From assembly GCF_009914755.1 (NCBI RefSeq), contig NC_060928.1: a stretch of 64,000 nucleotides of DNA; one strand, 5' to 3'. This DNA comes from the human T2T-CHM13v2.0 reference genome, Homo sapiens. The position numbers and the translations under genes are program-made. Of the stretch, positions 1-16,685 are shown piece after piece (the stretch's first letter is position 1; each line of letters opens with the position of its first letter). The notes under the pieces are model-generated. The model saw only the letters and a program-made list of their open reading frames with translations. It was not told the origin of the DNA and ran no database searches.

Positions 1-633
1 TTGGCTGGCTGGTGAGGGCTGCTCTAGGCTTCCAAGATGGCTGCTTGTTGTCACGTCCTCCAGAGGAGACTGGTGTGCCCTCACATAGTGGGAGGTGGAA
101 GGGCAAGCTAGCCACACGCTACCTTGAAGCCTCTTTTTTTTTTTCTTTTATTTAAGGGGTACATACACAGGCTTGTTAGATGGGTAAATTGCATGTTGTT
201 GAGGTTTAAGGTACGAATGATCTCATCACCCAGATATTAAGCAGAGTACTTGACAGGTAGTTTTCCAATCCTCAGACCTCCCTCCCTCCCACTTCTAGTA
301 GTCAACAGTGTCTATAGTTGCCATCTTTATGCCCACGTGTACCCAATGTTTAGCTCCCACTAAGAAGTGAGAACATGCGATACTTGGTTTTCTGTTTCTG
401 CATTCGTTTGCTTTGGATAATGGCCTCCAGCTGCATCCATGTTGCAGCAGAAGACAAGATTTTTGTTCTTATTTATGTTGAAGCCTCTTGTATAAGGGCC
501 TTTATCTCATTCAAGTGAGGAGGAGCCCTCATAACCCAGGCACCTCTCAAAGCCCCCACCTTTTAATACCATCTAATTGGCCATCAAATTTTAACACTTG
601 AATTTTGAAGGGGACACTTTCAAATCATAGCAC
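1..633 (-). mobile_element. MaLR (MLT1A/MST-like) solo LTR, split by an L1 3' fragment
   Basis: Typical MaLR motifs (ctggtgagggc...ttccaagatgg; taagggc...ctcatt; cacctctcaaagcccccacctt; end ...catagca). Confidence 0.7.
136..477 (-). mobile_element. 5'-truncated L1 3' end (old L1PA/L1PB-like)
   Basis: Poly-T followed by L1 3'UTR sequence (tttagctcccact..aagtgagaacatg; tggcctccagctgcatccatgttgc). 12-bp TSD ttgaagcctctt at 124-135 and 478-489. Confidence 0.85.
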
Positions 634-1077
634 CAGCTTTATGGAAAAATACTACAGTTATGGTGTCCTTTATGAACTGCAACAGACATATCCAGCCTTT
701 GTTTTGCAAGGAATTCCCAGTGAAGTCCCAGACAAAAAAAAAAAAAACAAAAAACAACTGTTCTTAACATCTTTATAAGCAAGAAAATATAATATATATT
801 TAGAAATCTTGTTTAATGTGATGTCAACATTTCTTTTTTTATAACATTTCAAAATATTTAATTTTTATCATTTTACTTTGCACTCTTCTTACATGGTTCC
901 TGTTTCATGAAAATAGGATCTTTCAAACTGTGCTTTTCTTAACATTATGCATATAAACTTTCCAATTCTCTGGGAAACTCCTTATAGACATTTAAAGTTT
1001 TTATAAAGATGCTTTCAATGACTATTAAATGTTATCAGATCATTTTATAACATTTCCCCTTATTTTTGTTTGGTTTT

Positions 1078-1250
1078 ATGTGTTGTATGTATATATATGT
1101 GTGTATATATGTATATATTTGTGTATATATTTATGTATATATGTGTACTTATATGTATATAAGTATATATTTATGTATATATGTATACATATATGTATAT
1201 AAGTATATATGTATATATGTATATATAAGCATGTACTTGCATATATTTAT
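1078..1250. repeat. (TA)n/(TATG)n degenerate microsatellite
   Basis: Seen directly in the sequence; explains the spurious YVYI ORF. Confidence 0.9.
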
Positions 1251-1519
1251 ATTTTACCTTTAAAATATTATTTATACTATATTCCTTTTATGAATTTTTT
1301 ATCTTTCATCCTGAAAATAGGACTCTTTAACCAAGAATTTATAGATGGTCACATGGAAGTTTGTGAGCTTCCTAAATTTGTATGGAAACATTATGTCTAT
1401 ATTCATACTTTTCTAAAGAGAGGATCTGTTTATCTTTAATCAAATTCTCAAAGAGTTCCACACTGCAAACAAGAAACAATTACATAATATTATTCTTTAC
1501 TCAATATTTACTTCCCTGT

Positions 1520-5796
<4,277 letters not shown>

Positions 5797-6049
5797 ACTT
5801 CTATCCTGAAACTACTTCTGATGTTTTATCTAAAAGATGAGAAAACATTATTTGAAATATCACCTCAGCATATTATGAAAAGCAAATGTCATTTAAGAAA
5901 GCGTGTAACCTATGATTTTAAAATTAATCTGGATTATATCTATTTTACAAAAGGTCACATTAATTTCAGCAAAATGCACAGACTTTTGTCTAACACAATG
6001 AGCTCAGATGTTAAAATTGCAGAGACATACATTCATTTCACAGATTTGT

Positions 6050-6240
6050 CAGTAGTAGCTGAGTGACTTACTGCAAGTTCCTTTATCCTCCTGAGCTTTG
6101 GTTACTTATCTTTGAAAAGGGGGTAATTCTTACTAAAAGACAGTTGGTTACAGAGGTTCTCCAAGTATTAAATTAGATAATAAATGTAAAACATGTTTAA
6201 CTATGTACCTGACACATAAATGAGCACTTGTCGAACAGTA
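6050..6240 (+). mobile_element. MIR SINE fragment
   Basis: Core-like gtgactt...caagttcctttatcctcctgagctttggttacttatctttgaaaaggggg; tail ...tacctgacacata. Confidence 0.6.
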
Positions 6241-8299
6241 TTATAGATGGTATAATGAAAATTATCATTAGTAACAATAATGCATTATTATTACTAAAAC
6301 TTTAATCATTAATAATTTAGTAGTGGTTTTAAAGGCTTAATGTCTTGGATCAAGATACTTTGAGTTTAGCTGAGGGTAAATGTCACCATCAGATTAGATT
6401 AGAGAGGACTTTTCTCCTCTATTTTGGGGAATAGACTGACTATTACATTACATGCAATTCTTTTTTTATTTATAAGCACTAGGAATGGAATTCTCAAACC
6501 AACATCTTTATTTTATCCAATGCTCTTAAATTAACATATGTGTACTTACTATAATAGAGTAGACGTAGCTCTTAGGGACTATTCAAAATAGAATAGTGGT
6601 ACATTATTTATGGCATTAGTTTCCATTTGTTACTAAAAGCAAACTTTACACATGATAAACTCAAGGTTTTTATGTTTTGATTATAAAATTGGTGAGTTTA
6701 TAAAATAAAGAATAATAGAATACATGTTTATGGGTAGTTAATACTTAGATTTAGTAATTAAATTTTCACAAAATAATTTTACAAATGTATCACACAGTTA
6801 ATGTTTTTTTCTAAATTTATAAATTACATGCAATTCTTACTGTGATTTACAAGATAAATTTTATCATAAGTGATTAACTAATAAATGAGATCTCACTATC
6901 AGCATGCTTTTCTGATTTCATTCTGCCTATGTAAATGAAACTTTATAGTAGAGAAATTTTTAACATCTCAGAAAACATCTTTATGTTTCCTGTTTTGATC
7001 ATCACCATAACCCTTGAAATAGGTATAATTTTCCCATTCCACAGTTCTATAAGATGACAGGCAGGATAGTTTCATGTGTTTTCGGGGTCATTCAGATGGT
7101 AAGTAATGCAAATGGATTTTGAACATAGATTTTCCTTGTCCCAGCTGTTCTTTTCACTGCCGCTATGTTGACGGCATACAACTTCTTAAAGCTTCTCAAA
7201 GGGGGATCTCAAAGATATATTTACTTATCTTGGTGTGAAATTAAAAATCTCAACTCTTATGACTAAAATAATATTGTGTACCAGAATTATTAATGTAATT
7301 CATAGGCATTTCAGACATGATTAACATGAGCTTCTATCATTTTAAGATTTTATTTACTTGTTTATTTATTATAAACATAATCAAAACTGAAGTGTTTAGA
7401 CAGAATCACATACTGAACAGGGAAATAGTGAGTGTTGGCTATTGCATAGAATTTGACAGTGCTATATGCTGATGACTTTATACAGAATGTATTAGTGTTA
7501 AGATGCACTGCATGTGAATTTGGTTTTGCCATTTGTCCCTAGTTACTATCTCTCTCTCTCACTCCCCACCAATACTTTAGCACATCTATCCATGCATAGT
7601 AATAGCTCCCTATTTCATATGACAAAATATTTTTATGAGTATTAAGAGACAGTTAACATTTTGGCTGCATAGTTATGCTGATAGAAATTACATGTGTATA
7701 TGTGTGCAAATATATACAAAAATATATAGAAAGGAAGAGTCAAATTAGATCCTCAAAGACTTCCAAAAGAAAAGAGAGCAGAAATACTTTACATCTGAAA
7801 TCTTGTGAACTTGAGTTTGTTTGGATAATAGAAAGATGGCTCAGTACAGGTTTTAGAAAGACTAGCTTGTCAATAAAATTTATTGAGCATGTTAACGAAT
7901 GGCTAGCTATGAACCTTCAAGTTGTTCAGATAGGATCAGAAGGCAAGGATAGCTAAATCAGTTTAGCCTTTCAAAATGTTTGCATTAGAAGTTTGAGAGG
8001 CCTATATGCAGTTAGTTAAAAATCCATTGTGTCTTACTTGCACAATATGGAACAGGATAATTTAAATTCTTATAAACTAGTAATGTTTGGAATCTTTTCA
8101 TTTGCTTTTGATAATTGCTTTTAGAGATAAATACGCTTGAATAGCACAAAATTAAATACATTCTTTGCTTTGGTCATTAAGTGCTTAACATAATTATGTT
8201 AATTAAAACTTTATAATCAGATTTTCTGTAGAGATCATCTTTTCCAGTGTCTAAAGTGCTGCCTTTGGCTGCATTTGATGCTATTAACTCTTCTGCTTT

Positions 8300-9940
8300 C
8301 TAATGGGATAAGGAATTTTGCAACCGCTAATCCAACTTCATCTTTTTGGCCTTATCAACTTCATTTGATGAAACTGATCACTCCCTTCTCTTTGAGACAG
8401 TTTCTTCACTTGACTTCATTTTGCAGCACTAACCACTACTTAACTGCTTTCTCCTGATCTCCTCAAGCTCTTTTTATTGGCCACCTTTGCTCATTCTCTC
8501 ATCTATATACACTCACTTCCTTAAGTACTCTAAGTACTTCTTCATTTATATCTCCAATTTAGATTCCATGTACTCACTTACTCCTGCAGAATTCCAAAGT
8601 CTTATATCTGAATGTTTAGTCAATATTTTCACCATTAGCAATGTCAATTCGATAATTCTAAAATGAACACTTGATTGTGTCCTTTAAACTAGTTTCTCTG
8701 AATTTCTTCCCATCTCAGCAAAAGACAAATCCAATTTAGCCAGTATTTGGATCTGAAACTTGGAATATGTTGAGTCTTCCCTCTCACATCCTACATTCAT
8801 TTCAACAACTTCAATGCAGTTTCATAGTCAGAATATTCTGATAATATTTTAACCACTTTCATCATCTCCATTACCCTGATGCAAGACATCACCATTTTTG
8901 GATTATTGCAACTAGTCTCGCCTTGCTTCCTATCTACCACGTAATCTATTTCCTGCATTGTCACCAGGATCATCTTGTTAAAAAGTAAGTCCTATCTTGT
9001 CCGTCTCTAATCAAGGCCCTTCACTTGTGAAGGCTGAGTGAAGGCTTCCCCTCTGACTCAGACTAAAAGCCAAAATCTCTACAATAAATTATATTAACAT
9101 TATTCCCTACTCCATCACCTCTAGATCTTAGGTCCATTATTCTCCACACTCAGGGCCCTCTGTTCTGAGATCCCAAACTCCTACCTCAGGGCCCTTCACT
9201 TGCTGTTCTTTCTATTTAGAATTCAATTTCTCATGACATCCAATGGTCAATTCCTTGCTTCTTTCAGATATTTGTTCAAATGTTACCTACTCAGGACTGT
9301 CCAGTATGCTTTATCAGAAATTACAGTTGATTTTTGAACAACAAGGGGGTTAGAGGCACTGACCTTCAGCATAGTCAAAATTCTGTGTATAACTTTTGAC
9401 TCCTCCAAAACTTTACCACTAATAGCCTATTGTTGCCAGAAGCCATGTTGAATACATAGTCAATTAGCACAGATTTTTTATGTTATACGTACTATATACA
9501 GTAGTCTTACAATAAACTAGAGAAAAATATGTTAAGAAAATCATAAGGAAGAGAAAAATGTATTTCTTATTCATAAGTCCTCATCCTCTTTGTCTTCACG
9601 ATGAGGAGGCTGAGGAGGTGCCGGAAGAGGCAGGGTTGATTTTCTTGTCAGGGGTGGCAGAAGTGGAACAAAATCTGTGTAGAAGTGGAGTCTCATAGCT
9701 CAAACCAGCATCCTTAAAGTGTCCTTCGTACACCACTGTAACTTTTGGGATTCTATATTGCTTTTCATTTTCACTGCTTTATTTTCCTCCATGTCTTTTT
9801 TTTTTTAAAACACTAGGCCCCACAATTATTATATTTTTGCTGTGGATTGTCTGAAGACAGGATTTTTTTGCCTGTGGTGTTCACTATGGTATCTTCAATG
9901 CCTGGATTATATAATATACTCAATATATGTCTTGTTAACT
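8300..9940 (+). mobile_element. L2 LINE remnants, interrupted by a Tigger2-family MITE
   Basis: L2-like stretches (tgatcactcccttctctttgagacagtttcttcacttg; ctacctcagggcccttcacttgctgtt; tcaaatgttacct; 3' end ...ctcaatatatgtcttg). Confidence 0.6.
9324..9728. mobile_element. Tigger2a/MER8-like non-autonomous DNA transposon
   Basis: TA|cagttga...ttgaacaacaagggggttagagg...tataacttttgactcc terminus; degenerate opposite TIR followed by TA at 9729-9730. Confidence 0.7.
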
Positions 9941-10899
9941 GAAATTAGTATGTTTCAGAAGGGAAAATGTTAAAACATTTTTGGTTTATTTATTGCATAT
10001 TCATAAATATCTTGCCTGAAAAAGATTGTGTATCTAATATATAATGTGTGCATGGCGTTCTTTATTTTCTCTTTCTCCAAAAGAGAAAAAGTAGAACATG
10101 CCATGTGTCATTCAGTGGCTTCTTTAGCATGTTTCACTGGCTTCGCTTATTCATTGTATCTCCTTAAAATGTTCGCCATGATATTTTGTATTGAGCTATT
10201 ATAAAAATATATTTTCTACAAATTTAACATTCTCTTTATTACCATTTGATCTCATCATTCCAAAAATTATTTGAATTTTTCACTTGAAATAAATGAATGT
10301 AATTTACTTGTTCGACACAAGCAAACTTGTGTTGAAGTTGACATGCAAAACACTCTTTCTAAAATGATGCAAGTATTTTACATGAAAAGATAAAGGTCAA
10401 ATCTAAGATTAAAATCTGATATATGATCTACATAAAATTATAATTATATGAACTAAAAAATACAGAATTATATTTACATAATGTGTAAAATATAAATGTA
10501 TGGTTAGTTACATTACTGTACCCCCTTCTTCATACTCCACAAAAAAATATGAATAGAGAGGATTTCAGGTTATAAAACTAGACTATCATCTTTCCAAAAC
10601 TCAGCTTTTTTGTTTAGCTCCTTTAATCTTCTCACAAAGACAGAAATAAAAAAGGGAGAGAGAGAGAATTAATACCTTTGTCATGGAAAGAAAATAGTAA
10701 AATATTAGAAAAATATGGTATAGTGGTTAACAGCGTGGAATCTGGCACAAAATGCCTGGGATTAAGTACATGCCCTAGCATTTGCTAGCACTTATTTGGG
10801 AAAGATGCTTACCACTTACTTGCCCTTGTTTTTTAAACTATTAAGTGGAGATATTGATAGAAACTACATAATTAAATTATTTATAAGATTAAATGACTT

Positions 10900-11205
<306 letters not shown>

Positions 11206-12569
11206 TTAAATGACTTAATGTTTGGAAAAGACTTGGATTACATGTCTGGCATGTAGTAAGTGCTAAATAAGTGTGTGATAACTAAATAAATGGGAAAAGA
11301 AAATATTACAATAAGATATAGTATACTGGTAGAGGAAAAACTATTTGGAAGTATATTTTATTACTTAGAGTTTAAATTTCATAAGGTAAAGAATCTTGTC
11401 TAGTTAGAAAATATTTAGGTCAAGTAGAAATAGCCTCCTTCTTTCCCTTTTAGTATTTGTCACTTTTTAATTTCTACCACATTTAATTGCAAGCACCTTT
11501 TAACTCCCTTATGGCGCTGAAAATTCAAATGTTCATCTCTGTATCCTCTGTCAAACAGCACCTGAATATATATAGAAATGGACTCAGGGCTCTTTTGGTA
11601 AGGAATTTAGATGATAGTGACTGGGTAATATCACAATTTTAATATGTAATTTGATTCTTGTTTTTCTTTATAGTGTAGTGGCAAATATTGAAATGCCAGA
11701 GGAAAAAAAATGGAAGATTTTAGTAATGTATCTTAATTATACAAAATGAATTGCATAATTTATAATTTAAATGTATTTTTATTAAAATTGCTGTTTAGTA
11801 CATTTATCTCTCCTTTTTCATTGCAGAATGCTTTTGTTTTCAGAAACAGGTAATTTAGCCAAATACAGAGTAATAAGAAAGTAGTCTAATAGTTTATCCA
11901 GAAAGAAAACTTTCAAGATTTTTCATATTCCAGGGATCTCTATCAGATAAAAGAAGTATGAATGCATCTTCATTTCTACACACATTATCTTTATGTGTAT
12001 AGATGAAAATGAATGAAATGAAAATAAACACTACCATTTCAAGATCAAAGATAATGGATACATTTCAATATAATTTCTTAAAAATTTAAAGTTACTATTT
12101 TATAACCTTAAAAATAACTCAATTTACATTTTCTCTTACAGTCTTGTTATTATATTTAACAACAAAATTTACCAACTTACAACTCTAAAGTGATGGGGTA
12201 AAAACTCATACCCCAAAGTTTGTTGCTGATGACATTCGTTTGGTTTGTGAAACTACAGACTTTCTCCAGGCATTATCTTTTCAGTTGTAAACCTTTTAAC
12301 CAGTTCATATGAAAATATCTGCTAACACAGCAAAATCATGAGTGCATGTCTTTCAAATTAAGTTCCATTCATGTCATCATGTTTTTAAAAATATAAGGTA
12401 ATAAAAGTCTTTCTACCCTAAAGTAAAGTCTTTCACTATCTTTGTAGCAATTGAACTATTCTACTGAACCCAATATATGAAAACCTTTCCCTACTGCTCC
12501 CCTCATCTGGTTTCTAATCTAGTTAGGCCTTCTTTATAACTCCCTACTTCTGTGCCTTTGAATATCTAA

Positions 12570-13075
12570 AGTGGATTAAGAATGGCCACACATTCTCCGT
12601 CAAACTTTTCAGTGAGATGTTCATTTTATCCCCTACCTCCACCTCATCCTTGAATCTGGGCTTGTCCAGTGTCTGCTCCCTAAGAGAGGCTGTGCCAGTT
12701 CCGGACTTAGCTTTTAAGAGGACTTGACAGTTTTTGTTTTCTCCCTCTTGGAACACAGGTTCTTGGGTTGCTCTCTCTTGGATACTAGCTATCATGGTAT
12801 GAGAAGCTCAGGCCACATGCAGGGGCCATATGGAGGGAAGCTGAGGCACTCCAGTTGACAGCCCCATGACCCCCCAGCTGACAGTCAGTGCCAACTGTCA
12901 GCCATGTAAAGTAGCCATCTTGGCTCAGCCCATTCAACCTCCTCGGCCTCAGCCTGCGTCACAGGAAGTGTAACCACCCAGCTGAGCCTATTCAATGCAC
13001 AGAATCATAAGAGAGATAGCAAAATAATTTGTTTTAAGTCGCTACATTTTGAAGTAGAGAGATAACTAAAGCAAT
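12570..13075 (+). mobile_element. MLT1 (F/G/H-like) solo LTR
   Basis: aatggccaca...ccttgaatctggg...cagccatgt...gccatcttgg...ttgttttaagtc...gataactaaagca. Confidence 0.65.
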
Positions 13076-13379
13076 AACCTTCTGCTTCCTTAAATATAGG
13101 GCTTAAATTTGGCTCAATTTAAGGTTAGTACCAAGCACCTTTGGTAATTTATTTCTATTGTCTTTATGTTGCATTTTCAACTAGAGTGTAAGTTATTCAA
13201 GGTCACTGAATATTGCTGTTTTCTTTCCAATGTGTCCCTATAGTTATTAGTACATTATTAGCAGCATGGGACTCTGATAATCTGAGGTTGCCAGTTGAAT
13301 CCTAACAGAATGGAAGTGCAAATAGGGCATAGAATGGGTGACTTTCTATGTAAGTCAAAATGTAGAAGACCATGTCCAT

Positions 13380-13480
13380 GTGTATTCTATATATAATATA
13401 CACATATATTATACATATAATATATATTATATATAATATATATGATATACACATATATACATACAACATCCACACACATT
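13380..13480. repeat. TA/CA-rich microsatellite
   Basis: Seen directly in the sequence. Confidence 0.8.
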
Positions 13481-14929
13481 TATATTGGCATTTAATCTGG
13501 ATTATCTGAGCAAAAAAATTAACTGTCGTCTGAAGTTTTTTGTTTGTAAACTCAACCTAAAATACCCATTTTAGCTAGACACATTGTCATCTGTTGGTAA
13601 TTTACATGAGGAATTGTGAAAGAATACCAGACTGAAGGGAAAAGAGAAATTATGCTCTGAATCAAAAATAAATAAATAAATTATACAGAAAAGGAGAAAA
13701 AGCTAAAGTTATGGTCTGGAACTATGCTATAAAACAGAAGTAAACATAGTAATTTTCTCCTTTCAGTTTCTACCATGTATTCTGCGTGTACTTGATTGGG
13801 GAAGTAATAGTAATTAACGATTTTCTCTGAATGGGTGCTGTATGCAAGACCATTTGCTAGTTTAACAACAATGAAGCATGTTTCAACTCAACACCCTGGA
13901 TTCAACAAATAGAATGCTAGTATGTCTATTCCTGATCCAAGACTATTTTTTAAGGTATTAAAAAACAGGTATTGTTTAAAATGTGAGAGATTTTACTTTT
14001 TTAATTCCAAGTGCACTTTTGAGTTATTTTACTTTGAAAATTAATAACTGTATCAGTACTTAAAAATATATCCAATATAATTAAATGATTCTCCAAATTT
14101 ATTTCCTTGAGCACCTGACAATATTCCCAGGAAACCTCTCCCTGCTATGTTGCTTCCCAGAATTCACATTTCTGTGTTTCAAAACTGCACTTCCTTAGAG
14201 AGAAAAAGGTTAGAAAATAACGCAGACTACAAAAGGCATAGTGTATGTGTGGGGGTGGGGGTGAGGAATTAAGTCCCTTGCACTCTAGATTAAGTTGCAT
14301 TTATATAAAATCTAAAGGTAATTGGTCTTTATATAAAGGACACATTCAACAACATTTATTAAATATATTTTTAGACTATTTTAAAATTCAAGTGATTCAC
14401 AAAAACAAATATTACAGCATAGCGCTTTATTCATGCCATCATACAGTCGATCTGTATTCTTCAAGTACATTTTGAATTTATAATGAGAACAGTTTAAGGC
14501 ATAACTCTTCCCACTCAAATCTAGGTCTTTCTCAAGTGAGACACTAGAGAGAGTAGAAAGGGAGGAAGAGATAGGGCGAGAAGAAAAGGAGGGAGGGACA
14601 GAGATGAGGACGAGAAAGAAGAAAAAAGGGAAAGAGAAAATACCGTCTGAAGTCCACAGGCTTATCTATCCCAAGCATGTCTACCCCACGCATGTGGGCA
14701 TCATATCCAGGTTGTAACAAAGAGGTGACCATGGCGTTTATTTTTGGCTCCAGACAGGCGGATTCAGCCTGCATTGCATGCATGCATGTCTGTCACCTCA
14801 TCTAAGTCCCCATTCCTTCCGGAGTTGTGAGCTCCAGATCCAAGAGTGCCCAGTGCACGGTGCTGGGCACGCTGTCCCTTGGCGAGGCTGCCACAGGTTC
14901 CTGAGTGTGCAGTCAGGGGCGTTGGTGCA

Positions 14930-16450
14930 TTGATACGTTAGGCGGAGGGAGGAGTACCATCTGCCAGAGTCTTATCTCGAGTCCCACGTTTTCTGGCCAT
15001 CGCGGAGGAGTGTGCGAGGACAGGTAGCCCTCGCAGTGACAAGGCGCGCGGAGTGCGGTCGTGCAAGGCGGGGGAGGAGCGGGGTGGCCCTGCCGAATCT
15101 TAACCGGGGCCCCGGGTGTTTGCAGACCCAAATAAAGCCGCCTTGGGTCTCCACGGTGTCCTCCAGAAGCTGCTGCCTGAGAACTCTGAGCCTCAGCTCT
15201 GTCTTGCTTCGGGATCCTCTTCCTCCTCCTTCCCCACCCCCTACCTGGCCTGAACGGCGGAACGCGCGGCTCGGGGGATCCCCTCTCCCTGGGACCGGCC
15301 CTGTCCCGGGTCGCCTCCACCTCCCGCAGCCGCCGCGCCCCGGCTCGCCGCGCTCCCGCCGGCACCATGGAGGAATTCCTGGGACAACCGCCTGCAGCCG
15401 GCGACTTTTCCCCAGGAATCTCTGGCCTGGCGCCCTTTGGGTGAGATGACGGGGTGCTGGCATCCCTGTCGGTCCCAGATTACCCGGAAAAGCCCTGGCA
15501 GGGAAAGAGAGGACCCGCGCAGGCTGGGAGCTCCCACTCCTCCTCCAGCGTCACGCTCGCCCTCCGCCGCTGCCTCGCGTCCGGGTCTGTTTATATAGCG
15601 TCTGGAGGCCGGGAGGCATTGCCCACCCCCGCCAGGCGGCCCGCCCTCCCCTCCTGGGCTCCGGGCTGCCGCACGTGGCAGACACCAGCGACGTCTCCGC
15701 GGAAGGCAGGCGCCGGGGAGTGGGGCGCGGGCGACCGTGTGCAGCCGCGGCGCATCTCCGCCTTCCGCTCCTCCTCGCAGCGCCCTCGTCCGCTTCCAAG
15801 CCCAGCACAGACTTCGGTTTCTCCGCCTCCATCCCCTTTACGAGAAGAGGAGATCAAAAAATATTGCCCTTTAGGTGCTCGTGATGGTCCTGTGGGTTCG
15901 TTCAGTTGCCAGAAAAGAATGGTAACATGAACAGCGGAGCGTGAGAGCGTCACCGGGGGAAGGGACGAGATTGATGGGCAGAGCGCTCACTTCTCAGAGG
16001 ATCGCATTCCGAGGACCGCGCGAGGAAGGGACGTCGCGGCGCCACCACTTCCTGGCTGGACTCCGCTGACATCTGTAGCCTCCTTTCCACCAGGTTCCCG
16101 GGGCTCCCAGCCGCTGCCTGCAGAGGAGCGTGTAGACAGCGCGCGAGGGTCCGGCACTTCGTGGACCTCCATCCGAACCGGAGTTCTGCCCGGATCCCGA
16201 GTCCCTGGATCCCGGTGGAGCCCGCCGGCAAGCTGGCTCCGGAGGGAGTTGAACTTGAGTTCAGGTGGGTTATCCCAAGGGGAGCACAGGAAAAGATGTT
16301 CAGGGAAGACGAAGAAGGTGACGCTGTTCCAATGTCAAAAGCGGACACTTTTCTTCCTGACACTTGAAGGGGTTGAGCCAGTTCCTCTCAGTTCTGTCTC
16401 CTAACCCGCTCCACCCCGACCCAGCCCTCCCACACTAAGGAGGTGGGGGG
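14930..16450. promoter_or_regulatory. CpG island / GALNTL6 promoter
   Basis: Abrupt GC- and CpG-rich block in AT-rich surroundings. Contains GC boxes (ccgccc at about 15641), an E-box CACGTG (15672-15677), a CRE half-site CGTCA (15549-15553) and a TATA-like TTTATATAG (15590-15598). Confidence 0.9.
15620..15921 (+). other. GALNTL6: Probable non-coding first exon of GALNTL6 (start approximate)
   Basis: Lies in the CpG island downstream of the TATA-like element. The best local donor is ATG|GTAACA at 15921/15922. The TSS cannot be fixed from sequence alone. Confidence 0.5.
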
Positions 16451-16685
16451 CGAACAACAACAACAGCAACAAAAACTCCCAGTTACCTAAGTATCTAGCA
16501 GGCTGTTGACTTTTTTATAACTTACCTTTAGTCAATGAAACGACCATATTTACTCTATTGCTTTATATTAATGGAGGTCAATGGGCTTAATGATTTCTTT
16601 AGTCAAGTCATTTATTTCTAAGCCAATAGATAATGCCTTCGTCATAGTTTTCTGGGGGGAAAGTAACTGTGCGTTTGTTCTGCAG

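Noticed and set aside
14857-14890. REST/RE1 site (ggtgctg ... gctgtcc half-sites)
   Set aside because: The half-sites are in non-canonical order and spacing; not supportable without ChIP data.
14913-16367. Many overlapping 60-163 aa ORFs on both strands in the CpG island
   Set aside because: Stop codons are depleted in GC-rich DNA. The products are Arg/Pro/Gly-rich with no recognisable domain, and most start at non-ATG codons.
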